Part shown: one piece after another, positions 11,060 to 20,771 of the stretch | How the letters are laid out: every line of letters starts with the position of its first letter | How positions within the stretch are numbered: the stretch's first letter is position 1 | Assembly: GCA_029856045.1 (NCBI GenBank) | Contig: JAHQWG010000043.1 | Location: forward strand, 32,001-96,000 | DNA: 64,000 nucleotides | Source of the DNA: Promethearchaeia archaeon | Lineage (GTDB): Archaea > Asgardarchaeota > Lokiarchaeia > Sigyniarchaeales > SOKP01 | Direction: 5' to 3' | The notes under the pieces: model-generated | The model's database searches: none | What the model saw: the letters and a program-made list of their open reading frames with translations, nothing else | What the model was told of the DNA's origin: nothing | Position numbers and translations under genes: made by a program

Positions 11060-12502
11060 TTATGGTCTCCCCCTTACGGGTCTACATTTCCAATAATAAT
11101 TCATAAAATTTGCTCCTTCATGCACTTTTCTGAATGTTAATTCAACTTCCATATCAATTTCTACTTCTTCTTCAGGATTTTCGCATTCTGTCATATCACA
11201 TAAAATACGACCACCACCATCTAAATCAAGTACACATCTTGGGGTTGGTTTACTGTAATATCCACCGCCGACCAAATGATCCAGGGTATAGGTAAATATT
11301 TTTCCTTTTAACTTTAAGGGAATTTCAGTTAAATCTCGACTTCCACATATACTACAAATTGGCCAAATTGGATATTGTACAACATTACAACTATTACATT
11401 TCATACCGTGCATCGGATATATTGAAGCACTATCACGCCAAATAGTAACAGGAGATGATTTACGAATATAACGATCTTTTATTAAATATTTTCTATTGTC
11501 TATAAATATGCTGTAATTTTTTAATTCAATCATACTCTTTTCTGATTTAATCATTCCCATTCTTGTCTTTTTTATATTTCTAATGCCTTTATCATTTACA
11601 ATTTTCATATAAAACGCTATTGCTCCATCACCATATCCAGCAAATAAGATTTTCTGTTCAGGTTTAACTCTTTTTAGCGCTGTAATCAATAACATAAAAC
11701 AGAAAGGTGTTCCAGTGTCTCCAAGGGTAAAAAACAAACTATCTTGAATTTGTGCTTGAGAAAATTTCAACATTTTGCTTACTCGACCAAGAAGTCCTGG
11801 ATTGTTGTAATAATAGACCACTATTCCCATATCTTCTGGTTTTAGATTATTTTTATCCATAACTCCCTTTATAGCTGCGGTTATATTGTTGACATAACCA
11901 TATTTTGCCTCATGTTTAGGTTCGAAATTTCTTACAAAAGAATCAGAATCAGTTCTCTTCCAAGGTCCAGTTACGTTATCAGATACACTAAAATAATTTT
12001 CAATTGATACCAAAATATCTTCTACAGTCCCCTCTCCTATAAGAAAAGCGGCTGCTCCATCAGACATTGCAAATTCAGACATTGTTGAGGGTTCTGGTTC
12101 TCTTTTATCAGAAGCAATCACAATAATGTTTTTGATATCATCATTGCTTTTAATAGTGTCAAATGCTCTTGCCATAGCTGCAGCTCCAGCATTTATTGAA
12201 TCTGTAAAATCCATGCTAATTATGTCTTTTTTTAAGTCTAGAACCGTAGCAATTAATGAGGAAGAATTTTTCTCGAGATAAGGTTGAGTAGTAGTAGCAA
12301 AATATAAACCATCTATAGTAGATTTATCAAAACCCCACAGACAATCTATTCCAGCCTCAACAGCCATTGTTATGCTATCTTCGTCGTGATTTGCAACTGT
12401 TTTATTTCCTGGGATTACAGGAAAACCCCATGCATCAGCAATTAACTTTCTTGAAAGTAAGTACCTGGGCAAATATGCACCATAAGACTTTATTCCTATC
12501 AT
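11060..12502 (-). CDS. HMG-CoA-synthase-like domain fused to DUF35 Zn-ribbon/OB fold
   Basis: YGAYLPRY, DEDSITMAVEA, GDTG, GYGDG; C-terminal CNSC...CSICG and ELTFRK...NYYWK. Confidence 0.85.
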   Translation of the reverse strand: MIGIKSYGAYLPRYLLSRKLIADAWGFPVIPGNKTVANHDEDSITMAVEAGIDCLWGFDKSTIDGLYFATTTQPYLEKNSSSLIATVLDLKKDIISMDFTDSINAGAAAMARAFDTIKSNDDIKNIIVIASDKREPEPSTMSEFAMSDGAAAFLIGEGTVEDILVSIENYFSVSDNVTGPWKRTDSDSFVRNFEPKHEAKYGYVNNITAAIKGVMDKNNLKPEDMGIVVYYYNNPGLLGRVSKMLKFSQAQIQDSLFFTLGDTGTPFCFMLLITALKRVKPEQKILFAGYGDGAIAFYMKIVNDKGIRNIKKTRMGMIKSEKSMIELKNYSIFIDNRKYLIKDRYIRKSSPVTIWRDSASIYPMHGMKCNSCNVVQYPIWPICSICGSRDLTEIPLKLKGKIFTYTLDHLVGGGYYSKPTPRCVLDLDGGGRILCDMTECENPEEEVEIDMEVELTFRKVHEGANFMNYYWKCRPVRGRP

Positions 12503-12754
12503 AATTTCTCAAAATTTTTTTTTTATATTTTTTTAAATTATATTGTGAATATTTTATGTTGAGAAATTTAATAATATTCGGAAAAATGGTCACTTATTAA
12601 ATGTAATTGGAAATAAGAGAAAAAAAATCAATTAATTATTTTGTATAATTTCCGATAAAATATTTTTGTATTTGAATATCTTTTTTTAGTTTTTTTTTCT
12701 TATTCTACTTAATTAATAAATAATTAATAAATAATTTTGATTTTAGTGTAAATT

Positions 12755-14368
12755 ATGAAATCTATGTACGATTTAGGTGTTCCAGTTCCTGCCAATAAAT
12801 CTTTGGTGGCCCGAACAATTAAAAATGTTACAAAGGAGCAACGTGAAAGAGTACTTCAAGAAATAGAGTATAATATGTTTTCTTTTCCAGCAGATTTACT
12901 TGTCTTAGATTTTCTTTCAGATAGTGGCACTTCCACGATGACTGATTTACAATGGTCTGCTCTTTTTCATGGAGATGAGTCTTATGGGAGAAATAAGGGA
13001 TATTATGTACTATTAGATGCAATTCGGGATACCTTTGAAAGAGGTAATAAGCCTAGAAAGGTAATAGATCTAATTCTCACAGGAGAAACAAATATCCAAA
13101 AGTTATTAGATGAATTATATTTAAAATCATTTGAAGGTGGATTCGTTAATGGTGGAATTCATCAACTCATTCGTCCTAATGCTTTTATTGTCCCTCAAGG
13201 TCGGTGTGCAGAGCATTTGTTATTTTCAACTCTCGCAGAAGTTTTAAAAAAAATTGACAGAGCGAAAAAATATGTTATTCCAAGTAATGGACATTTTGAT
13301 ACAACAGCTGCAAATATTGCAGCGAACAGAATTATTCCTGTGAATCTATTTTCTTCTGATATTTTAAATGAATTTCCCCTTGATCAGATTGATATTAAAA
13401 ATCCATTCAAGGGAGATATGGATACTAAAAAATTAGAAGAATTAATTAATGTTAAGGGTCCAGATTCTATTCCTTTAATCTATTTAACAATTACAAACAA
13501 TACAGCTGCGGGGCAACCAGTTTCTATGAAAAATATTAAATCAGTGCAAAAGATTGCCAGAAAATTCGGGATTCCTTTATTTTTTGATGCATGTAGGTTC
13601 GCAGAAAATACTTTTTTTATTAAAAAATTCGAGAATGGTTATCAAAATAAATCAATCTCGAGAATAATTGAAGAAATGTTCTCATATGTGGATGGGTTTT
13701 CAATAAGTTTTAAAAAAGATGGGTTAGCTAATATGGGAGGAGGGTTATTCTTTAGAGATAATGGTGTTTTTCATAAGCGTTTTTCTATTTATGGTGATAT
13801 TGGACTCCAACTAAAGGAAAAACAAATTTTAACCTATGGAAATGATTCATATGGAGGGTTAAGTGGGAGGGATATTATGGCATTAACAGTAGGTTTATAT
13901 GAAATCGTAAAGGAACCATACTTAAATAGAAGAATTGGACAAGTAAGGGATTTTACAAAAAAATTAGCTCAAAATGATATCCCAGTTATTCTTCCTGCGG
14001 GAGGTCATGCAGTTTATATTGACATGGAAAAATTTTTTCAGGGAACAAATATGAAAATTGGTGATTTTGGGGGTGTAGGTTTTACTATAGAGCTTTTAAA
14101 ACATTACGGAATAAGAGCCTGTGAATTAGGACCTTTTGCATTTGAGTGGGATAAAAAACCTCCAGAACAGAGAAAAGATATTTTTAATTTGGTTCGATTT
14201 GCAGTACCTCGGAATGTTTATAATGAATCACATATAGCATATGCAGTTGCAGCAATAACTGAGTTATATCATAACAGGCAAAAAATTCCGAAAGTAAAAA
14301 TCTCACGTGGGGCTGATCTTAGATTACGACATTTTCAAACTGGACTTCAACCTATTTATAATGAGTAA
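12755..14368 (+). CDS. Tryptophanase / beta-eliminating lyase (PLP)
   Basis: DFLSDSGT, GDESY, HFDTT, TNNTAAGQPVS, DACRF, SFKKD (PLP Lys), GGHAVYID, LRHF. Confidence 0.85.
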   Translation: MKSMYDLGVPVPANKSLVARTIKNVTKEQRERVLQEIEYNMFSFPADLLVLDFLSDSGTSTMTDLQWSALFHGDESYGRNKGYYVLLDAIRDTFERGNKPRKVIDLILTGETNIQKLLDELYLKSFEGGFVNGGIHQLIRPNAFIVPQGRCAEHLLFSTLAEVLKKIDRAKKYVIPSNGHFDTTAANIAANRIIPVNLFSSDILNEFPLDQIDIKNPFKGDMDTKKLEELINVKGPDSIPLIYLTITNNTAAGQPVSMKNIKSVQKIARKFGIPLFFDACRFAENTFFIKKFENGYQNKSISRIIEEMFSYVDGFSISFKKDGLANMGGGLFFRDNGVFHKRFSIYGDIGLQLKEKQILTYGNDSYGGLSGRDIMALTVGLYEIVKEPYLNRRIGQVRDFTKKLAQNDIPVILPAGGHAVYIDMEKFFQGTNMKIGDFGGVGFTIELLKHYGIRACELGPFAFEWDKKPPEQRKDIFNLVRFAVPRNVYNESHIAYAVAAITELYHNRQKIPKVKISRGADLRLRHFQTGLQPIYNE

Positions 14369-14401
14369 AAAAAAATTCCGAAATAATAAATCATTAATAA
14401 A

Positions 14402-14944
14402 TTATAATATAAAAATCGCTGCTGCAATTACTGTTGTCCATTCATTTTCTACTCCAACGGTTGCGGATGCAGTTATACTTTTTGTTTTAATTGCTTTTCC
14501 TTTTTCTCTAAAAAATTTGATTTTTTCATCATAATCTAAATTTTGATTAAATCTGATACCCCAAGTTGTTCCTAACATAGATGCGGCTAAATCTTCAGCA
14601 ATCACACCAGCTTTTCTACTTTCCATACCAAAAGCCTGATACTCACTAAGATATCCATAGGAATTATTATCCCTTGATCTTGCCATACCAATTGAAGCTG
14701 AAAATAATTTGTTTAATTCGTTTGAACTGGCCTTACACATCACTGTATAGACAATTTGTCCAGGTTTCAAGAGTTTTAAACCACTTGAAATTGAAATCTC
14801 CTCACATTTAGGAGGTATGATAGATGATACTTTTACTAAATTAAATTTCTCAATACTTGCGTTTCTAAGTGCTAACTCAAACGATTGTAATTTATCATAA
14901 TGATTACCAACACCTTTAGTAAAAAAAATTTTTTTGGGTATCAT
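14402..14944 (-). CDS. pdaD: Pyruvoyl-dependent arginine decarboxylase
   Basis: SFELALRNA, NLVKVSSIIPP (Ser-Ser autocleavage site), YGYLSE. Confidence 0.88.
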   Translation of the reverse strand: MIPKKIFFTKGVGNHYDKLQSFELALRNASIEKFNLVKVSSIIPPKCEEISISSGLKLLKPGQIVYTVMCKASSNELNKLFSASIGMARSRDNNSYGYLSEYQAFGMESRKAGVIAEDLAASMLGTTWGIRFNQNLDYDEKIKFFREKGKAIKTKSITASATVGVENEWTTVIAAAIFIL

Positions 14945-14992
14945 ATAGTTATACCTTTAATAATAATGTGCATGAGCTAAAAGATTAAGTTT

Positions 14993-15166
14993 ATGATTAA
15001 ATTAAAGAGGCAAGGAATGACAAATCTTGCAATTAGTAAAGAATTAGAATATGATAATAAAATAGTTGGGAAATATCTCAAAAAATTTATGCCCGATTAC
15101 AATAAATATAAACTCTTAGCGATAAGAAACGAAAGGTATCTTCGAAAGATTTCAAAAGATTCCTAA
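14993..15166 (+). CDS. Small HTH protein (57 aa) or transposase N-terminal remnant; below the ORF-track cut-off
   Basis: Manual translation MIKLKRQGMTNLAISKELEYDNKIVGKYLKKFMPDYNKYKLLAIRNERYLRKISKDS*. Confidence 0.5.
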   Translation: MIKLKRQGMTNLAISKELEYDNKIVGKYLKKFMPDYNKYKLLAIRNERYLRKISKDS

Positions 15167-15343
15167 ATAATCGGTTCTTTTAATAGCTTCTTTAGAAATA
15201 CTTGAGAGATATTAATAATTAATTATTATATCATTCATTTTTAATTAACTTTTATCAATAATAATAAATTAATTCACAATAGGCAATCATAGATAATGCT
15301 AAATTAAGGCATGACCATCAATCAGTTTGCGAATTATTCAAAT

Positions 15344-15814
15344 TCAATCGAATACCTTTTCTAATACAATTATTATAGGTTTGAAGCCCCCTCCTCTACA
15401 GATAACATCTTGTACTTTTTTATCTCCATCATATGCAAAATTAATTCTTATTCTATCAACACCCCATGATCTTAAGAGTTTAATAGCTCTTTCAGCCAAT
15501 ATCTTCCCTATACCTTTTCCAAGATATTCTTTCTTGGTTGCCCAACTTTCAAGATACCCAATATATTCACCAAGTGAAGATTTTTTAGCTTCTAATACTC
15601 CTAGAGCTACAACTAAACTATCAAATTCAGCAACTAATGTCATTCTCTTTAAATTGGGTTTAAATTGCCGTAATCCGGAAGATTCCTTCCATTTATCTTC
15701 ATTAAATCCCATATCATATAATTCTGATAATTCTTTTAAAATTTCAAGAGTTTCTTGATAATCAGATTTTCGATAATTTCGAATTATAATTTTATCTTCA
15801 TCCATAATCAACAC
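15344..15814 (-). CDS. GNAT family N-acetyltransferase
   Basis: IIIRNYRKSD and acetyl-CoA motif A YLGKGIGKIL. Confidence 0.85.
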   Translation of the reverse strand: MLIMDEDKIIIRNYRKSDYQETLEILKELSELYDMGFNEDKWKESSGLRQFKPNLKRMTLVAEFDSLVVALGVLEAKKSSLGEYIGYLESWATKKEYLGKGIGKILAERAIKLLRSWGVDRIRINFAYDGDKKVQDVICRGGGFKPIIIVLEKVFD

Positions 15815-15830
15815 TATATTTATTTAAATT

Positions 15831-16856
15831 TTACATATATTTTTTTATTTCAATTAGTTTTGAAAAAATTCTTAAATTTTTATCTTTTTGATTTATATTC
15901 AAAATATAAGAATCTATATGGGGATACAATGGAGCTACAAAGAGCAACTCCTCATGCGGATACCATTCATCAACAAATTCATTCAATATTTCTTTCTCAA
16001 AAAATTCTCTAACATGAGAAATAGTTACTTGTATAGAATGCATATTGGCTTCAGAAGAGTTTTCAATAACAACTTCTAATTCTTGACTGTTTTTTGAAAG
16101 AGTTATTTCTGAAATTTTAAAAGGATTAAAAGTTCCTTGTAAAATTTTGGCAGAAGCTGCTTTTTCAAATAGATTTACATCATCATACGGTGCCCCTTCA
16201 AATCCTTTTAATGAAGAAATATAGAATCCCTTTAGTGCTAAAAAAGACATAGCTTTCTGTTTTTTAATTGAATCAGATTTGCTGTCCATTAACACATTTC
16301 CAAAATATTTTAAGATGGTATTATGAATATCGAAATTTATATTTTGTTTAATTTCATCACTTTTTTTTATATTCTCTAACACCGATTTGTTTTTAATGAC
16401 TACACTTTTAGCAATTTCTCCTTCAATTAATTTCCATAGAACATTACCATAATTTTTTTGTATAATTTTTAAAAGCTTTTTGATTATATAACTTCCAAAA
16501 ATTTCAATTTCATTAGGTAGGGCTACGATAATAACAATAGTTTCAGGAGTTTCTTTCTTTAATCCAGCTCTTTGTTTTTTTCGTTCAGATTTCACTAAAA
16601 ATTTTTTTGCAGAGTATATTTTATTTTTATATTCTAGATCCACATGATCTAATACTTCTTGTTCTTTAAAATCTAAAAACCAAATTGAATGGATATTTAT
16701 TGGTCGCATTGCTTTTGGATTATATATTAATTTTTCATCTGGATAAGATAATAATGGCATATGACCTCTCATTTCATCGAAATAAAGTAAGAAGACTTCA
16801 CACAGATTCAAACCAGAAGAATCTTTTATGCTTTTATCGTCAAATATGTCAGCCAT
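15831..16856 (-). CDS. uDENN/longin-like N-terminal domain plus C-terminal Ig-like module
   Basis: VFLLYFDEMRGHMPLLSYP resembles the uDENN/longin start; ATG at 16856 preferred over TTG at 16901; C-terminus aligns with those of 27913..29406 and 30424..31620. Confidence 0.55.
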   Translation of the reverse strand: MADIFDDKSIKDSSGLNLCEVFLLYFDEMRGHMPLLSYPDEKLIYNPKAMRPINIHSIWFLDFKEQEVLDHVDLEYKNKIYSAKKFLVKSERKKQRAGLKKETPETIVIIVALPNEIEIFGSYIIKKLLKIIQKNYGNVLWKLIEGEIAKSVVIKNKSVLENIKKSDEIKQNINFDIHNTILKYFGNVLMDSKSDSIKKQKAMSFLALKGFYISSLKGFEGAPYDDVNLFEKAASAKILQGTFNPFKISEITLSKNSQELEVVIENSSEANMHSIQVTISHVREFFEKEILNEFVDEWYPHEELLFVAPLYPHIDSYILNINQKDKNLRIFSKLIEIKKYM

Positions 16857-17005
16857 AATTTTTTCAGAAAGATGAAAAATTAAATATATAACAAATCTCA
16901 AATTAACAAATGTAAAGATAAAAATAAAATTTATTGTATTAATAAAGAATATATTGAATTTCTAACATCTTTATTTTATTTTTTTTTTAATCTATTTTTT
17001 TCCAG

Positions 17006-17179
17006 CTAATCTTCTCTAAGCATATAATATCTCAAATCATCAAAATAGCATCTATCAATATATATCCCTTCTTTTAATATTGTTTCTAATATAAATCCAT
17101 ACTTCTTAGCACTATATGATAAAGGTTTGTTTGGGGCAATTACTCCTGTAAAAATTTTAATTCTATAGTTTAAATCTTT
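17006..17179 (-). pseudogene. C-terminal remnant of a RimJ/RimL-type GNAT gene
   Basis: Manual translation KDLNYRIKIFTGVIAPNKPLSYSAKKYGFILETILKEGIYIDRCYFDDLRYYMLRED*; no start codon, TAG at the position of the usual Trp. Confidence 0.6.
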
Positions 17180-17626
17180 CTAAATGTTGTTTAATGGTCC
17201 TAATTTCTTAATTTGATTTGTAAAAGTAGTTACTAATTCAGCAAATTTTTTCCCTTCACTTGCGGATATCCATTCAAGCCGAAATCTATCCTTTAATCCC
17301 AAATATTTTAAGATTTTCATTAACCGTTCAAATCTATCTTTTGTAAATTCATTCCCGCTAATATAGTGACAATCTCCTATATGACACCCAGTAACTAACA
17401 CACCATCTACATTATCCTTAAAAGATTTCAGAATAAAAGCTGGTTCAACTCGACCAGAACACATTACTCGAATTATTCTAATAGAGGCAGGATACTGAAA
17501 ACGAGATACTCCAGCCAAATCAGCTCCAGCATAGCTACACCAATTGCAGCAAAAACATACAATATTAGGTTTAAATTCCCTATCTTTTTTAACTTGTTTT
17601 TTATCTGATTTTTCTACGATTTTCAT
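17180..17626 (-). CDS. mvhD: MvhD [2Fe-2S] subunit, all-Cys paralog
   Basis: [38 protein letters not shown]. Confidence 0.93.
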   Translation of the reverse strand: MKIVEKSDKKQVKKDREFKPNIVCFCCNWCSYAGADLAGVSRFQYPASIRIIRVMCSGRVEPAFILKSFKDNVDGVLVTGCHIGDCHYISGNEFTKDRFERLMKILKYLGLKDRFRLEWISASEGKKFAELVTTFTNQIKKLGPLNNI

Positions 17627-17645
17627 ATTTTTTCATTTATTCTCA

Positions 17646-20600
17646 TTAATTTTTTAAATAAGCCTTAATCATCGCATTTATTTGTTTAAAACTAAAATGT
17701 GAAATAAATATGGCCGAATTAGGGCATTGAACACCACAGGTACCACATCCTTTACATAACGCAGAATTAATATTGGATTTTTTTAAACAAAGTGTATAAT
17801 CTTCAAATGTTTTTTCAACCTCAATTAATTCTATTGCGTTATATGGACAAACGTCAGCACATTTCCCGCAGCCGATGCAATAATCTTCAATTACCTCAGC
17901 AACAAGACCAGAAGTTTTCATTTCTTTAGCACTTAAAATCCTGATAGCTCTTCCAGCTGCACCATTTGCTTGAGCTATTGATTCTTGAATATTCTTAGGC
18001 CAATGAGCGCAACCACATAAAAAAACTCCATCTGTTGCAAAATCAATAGGTCTTAGTTTAACATGAGCTTCTAGAAAAAAACCACTTTGATCTTGCGGAA
18101 CTTTCAGCATTTTTGATAATTCTTTAAAATTTTCAGGTGCAATCATAGGTGTAGCTAAAATTATAAGATCGCCATAAAATTCTACTTCTCCTTTTAAATT
18201 GTGTTCGAATAACGTAATTTTATAATTAAATTTTCCATTTTTAGTTTTTGAAATTATAGGAAGTTTATCCAATGAATATCGTAAGAATAAAGCGTTTTTT
18301 CTTGAATCTCTATAAAATTCTTCATTTCCTTTTTTGGACATTTGAAGATCTCGATAAATTAAAATTAATGCCAAATCAGGTTTTAATTTCTTTAAGATAT
18401 TAATATTCTTTAATGCATTTGTACAACATATATTGGAACAATATGTTATACCCTCTTTTTGTCTGGAATTCACACATAAAATAAATGTAATACTTTTAAT
18501 ATTATCTAGCCATTCTATATTTTCTTTCCTTAATTTTTGCTCTAATTCAAGTTGTGTAATAACATTTTTTTCTTTTTTATAATTGTATATTGTTTCCGGT
18601 ATCAACTCATTCGCTCCAGTTGCAACAATTATTATTCCAACTTTTATATTATTTACTTTATTTCCTTTAGTGGTTATTATAACATCATAATTTCCAATAT
18701 ATCCCCTAATTTCCGTGATATTTGAATTCAAATAAATATTAATGTTTGAATGTGATTTTACTTTATTTACAAAAGGTTCTAAAAATTCTGAGGCTTTTTG
18801 ATATCCTGGGAAAATTTGATATAAATTATTTAAATTTCCACCAAGTTTAGATTCCTTTTCTACAAGATGGGTTGTAAACCCTTGTATTGCAATATTTAAT
18901 GTGGCTATTAAACCAGAAATGCCACCTCCGATTATTAATGCCTCTGGAGTAATTGATAGTTTTGATTCTTTTTGTGGTTTTAATAATCTCGATTTTGCAA
19001 CAGCCATTTCTATGAGGTCTTTGGCTTTCTTAGTTCCATCCACTTTTTGTTCCATATGTACCCAAGAACATTGATCTCGAATATTAACCATTTCAAAAAG
19101 ATATTTATTCAAACCCGCTTCTTCACATGTTTCTTGAAATAATTTTTCATGGGTTCTAGGCGTACAGGACGCAACTATAAATCTATTTAAATCATACTCA
19201 GCAATTAATTCCTTAATTCTAGTTTGGGAATCACTAGAACATGAATATAAATTATCTACTGCAACAGTCACATTAGGTAATGTTTTGATATATTCTAAAA
19301 CCTGGGGAACATCTACATATTTTCCAATATTTATTCCACAATGGCAAATCATAACACCTATGCAAGGTTCATCTTCTAAATTTATCTTTTTTTCAGGTAC
19401 AGATACTACCTTTTCTTTTAATAGAGTATTTCTCACTAGATATAGTAATGTTGAAACCTTATTTGCTACTCCACTTGCATCAGCAACTGTTTCAGGGATA
19501 TCTAATGGTCCTTGACAAAAACCACATAGAAAAATTCCTTCTTGTTCAGATGATAATTTATCATATAATGTCTTTTCTTTAAAAAACTTATATTTATCAA
19601 CGTTTATTCCTAATATTTTGGCAACCTTCTCAGAATCCTCAGATGGTACTAATGGTGTTGCTAAAACTACTAAATTTGCCCTTAAATCATGAAATTTCCC
19701 ATCATCGAGATCTTCATATTTTATAATTAAATCTTTAGTCTTAGGGTCTTCTACTATTTTGCTAATTTTTGAATTAAAATATTTAACCCCATACTCATCT
19801 TGTGCTCTTTGAGTATATTCATAAAAATTTTTCCCATATGCCCTCAAATCATGCCTAAAAATATAACATTCTGAAGAATTCGAATGTTCTTTAGTAATTA
19901 TTGCTTCTTTTGCTGTATACATACAACAGACACTAGAACAATAAGGAATTCCAATATGAAAATCTCTAGAACCAGCACATTGTATAAAAGCAATTTTATG
20001 GGGTTCTTTCTCATCTGATAATCTTAAAACGTGCCCCTCGAATGGACCAGAAGCACATAAAATCCTTTCATACTCTAAAGAGGTAATAACATTTTCATAT
20101 TTATAACCCCAATTATCTGGAAGTTTAGAAGCTAACATATCAAAACCAATAGCAACTATAATTGCCCCAACTTCTATTTGGACTTCTTCTGGTTTCTGCT
20201 CAAAATTAATCGCTTGGGCTTCACAGATTCTTTCACAAACTCTACATACCCCTTTATTCAAAAATAAGCACATATCTGAGTCTATTAAATAAACTGGAGG
20301 TACAGCTTGTGGAAAGGGGATATAAATAGATTTTCTTCTCCCCAAATTCATATCAAAAATATTTGGAGCCTCAATCTTAGGACATTTCGAGGCACAATCT
20401 CCACAACCCTTACATTTATCCTCATCCACATATCTGGGTTTTTTTAAAATTTTTATAAAAAAATGACCTGCATGACCTGATACTTCAATGACTTCTGAAT
20501 AAGTCATTAATTTAATATTTGGATTTCTAAAAACCTCAACCATTTTTGGAGCAAGAATACATAAAGAACAATCATTAGTAGGAAATGTTTTGTCTAATTG

Positions 20601-20771
20601 AGCCATACGTCCTCCAATTGAAGGAGTCTTTTCTACTAGAAATACTTTAAATCCCATTTCAGTTAAATCTAAAGAGGCTTGAATTCCTGCAATACCACCA
20701 CCAATTACTAAGGCTGCTCCGATTAAATCATCGGTTTGACTTTTTTGTGATGAGTTTTTACTTTTACTCAT
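17646..20771 (-). CDS. hdrA: Large HdrA-like flavoprotein with two FAD modules, all-Cys
   Basis: Two GGGIxG motifs, QLDKTFPTNDCSLC, internal CHCGINI / SCTPRTHE / NIRDQCSWVH, ferredoxin motifs; 1041 aa. Confidence 0.88.
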   Translation of the reverse strand: MSKSKNSSQKSQTDDLIGAALVIGGGIAGIQASLDLTEMGFKVFLVEKTPSIGGRMAQLDKTFPTNDCSLCILAPKMVEVFRNPNIKLMTYSEVIEVSGHAGHFFIKILKKPRYVDEDKCKGCGDCASKCPKIEAPNIFDMNLGRRKSIYIPFPQAVPPVYLIDSDMCLFLNKGVCRVCERICEAQAINFEQKPEEVQIEVGAIIVAIGFDMLASKLPDNWGYKYENVITSLEYERILCASGPFEGHVLRLSDEKEPHKIAFIQCAGSRDFHIGIPYCSSVCCMYTAKEAIITKEHSNSSECYIFRHDLRAYGKNFYEYTQRAQDEYGVKYFNSKISKIVEDPKTKDLIIKYEDLDDGKFHDLRANLVVLATPLVPSEDSEKVAKILGINVDKYKFFKEKTLYDKLSSEQEGIFLCGFCQGPLDIPETVADASGVANKVSTLLYLVRNTLLKEKVVSVPEKKINLEDEPCIGVMICHCGINIGKYVDVPQVLEYIKTLPNVTVAVDNLYSCSSDSQTRIKELIAEYDLNRFIVASCTPRTHEKLFQETCEEAGLNKYLFEMVNIRDQCSWVHMEQKVDGTKKAKDLIEMAVAKSRLLKPQKESKLSITPEALIIGGGISGLIATLNIAIQGFTTHLVEKESKLGGNLNNLYQIFPGYQKASEFLEPFVNKVKSHSNINIYLNSNITEIRGYIGNYDVIITTKGNKVNNIKVGIIIVATGANELIPETIYNYKKEKNVITQLELEQKLRKENIEWLDNIKSITFILCVNSRQKEGITYCSNICCTNALKNINILKKLKPDLALILIYRDLQMSKKGNEEFYRDSRKNALFLRYSLDKLPIISKTKNGKFNYKITLFEHNLKGEVEFYGDLIILATPMIAPENFKELSKMLKVPQDQSGFFLEAHVKLRPIDFATDGVFLCGCAHWPKNIQESIAQANGAAGRAIRILSAKEMKTSGLVAEVIEDYCIGCGKCADVCPYNAIELIEVEKTFEDYTLCLKKSNINSALCKGCGTCGVQCPNSAIFISHFSFKQINAMIKAYLKN

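Noticed and set aside
17006-17182. Pyrrolysine read-through of the mvhD TAG into the in-frame GNAT fragment
   Set aside because: MvhD is complete at the TAG, the fragment is only a partial domain, frame coincidence is a 1-in-3 event, and no pyl genes are in the window
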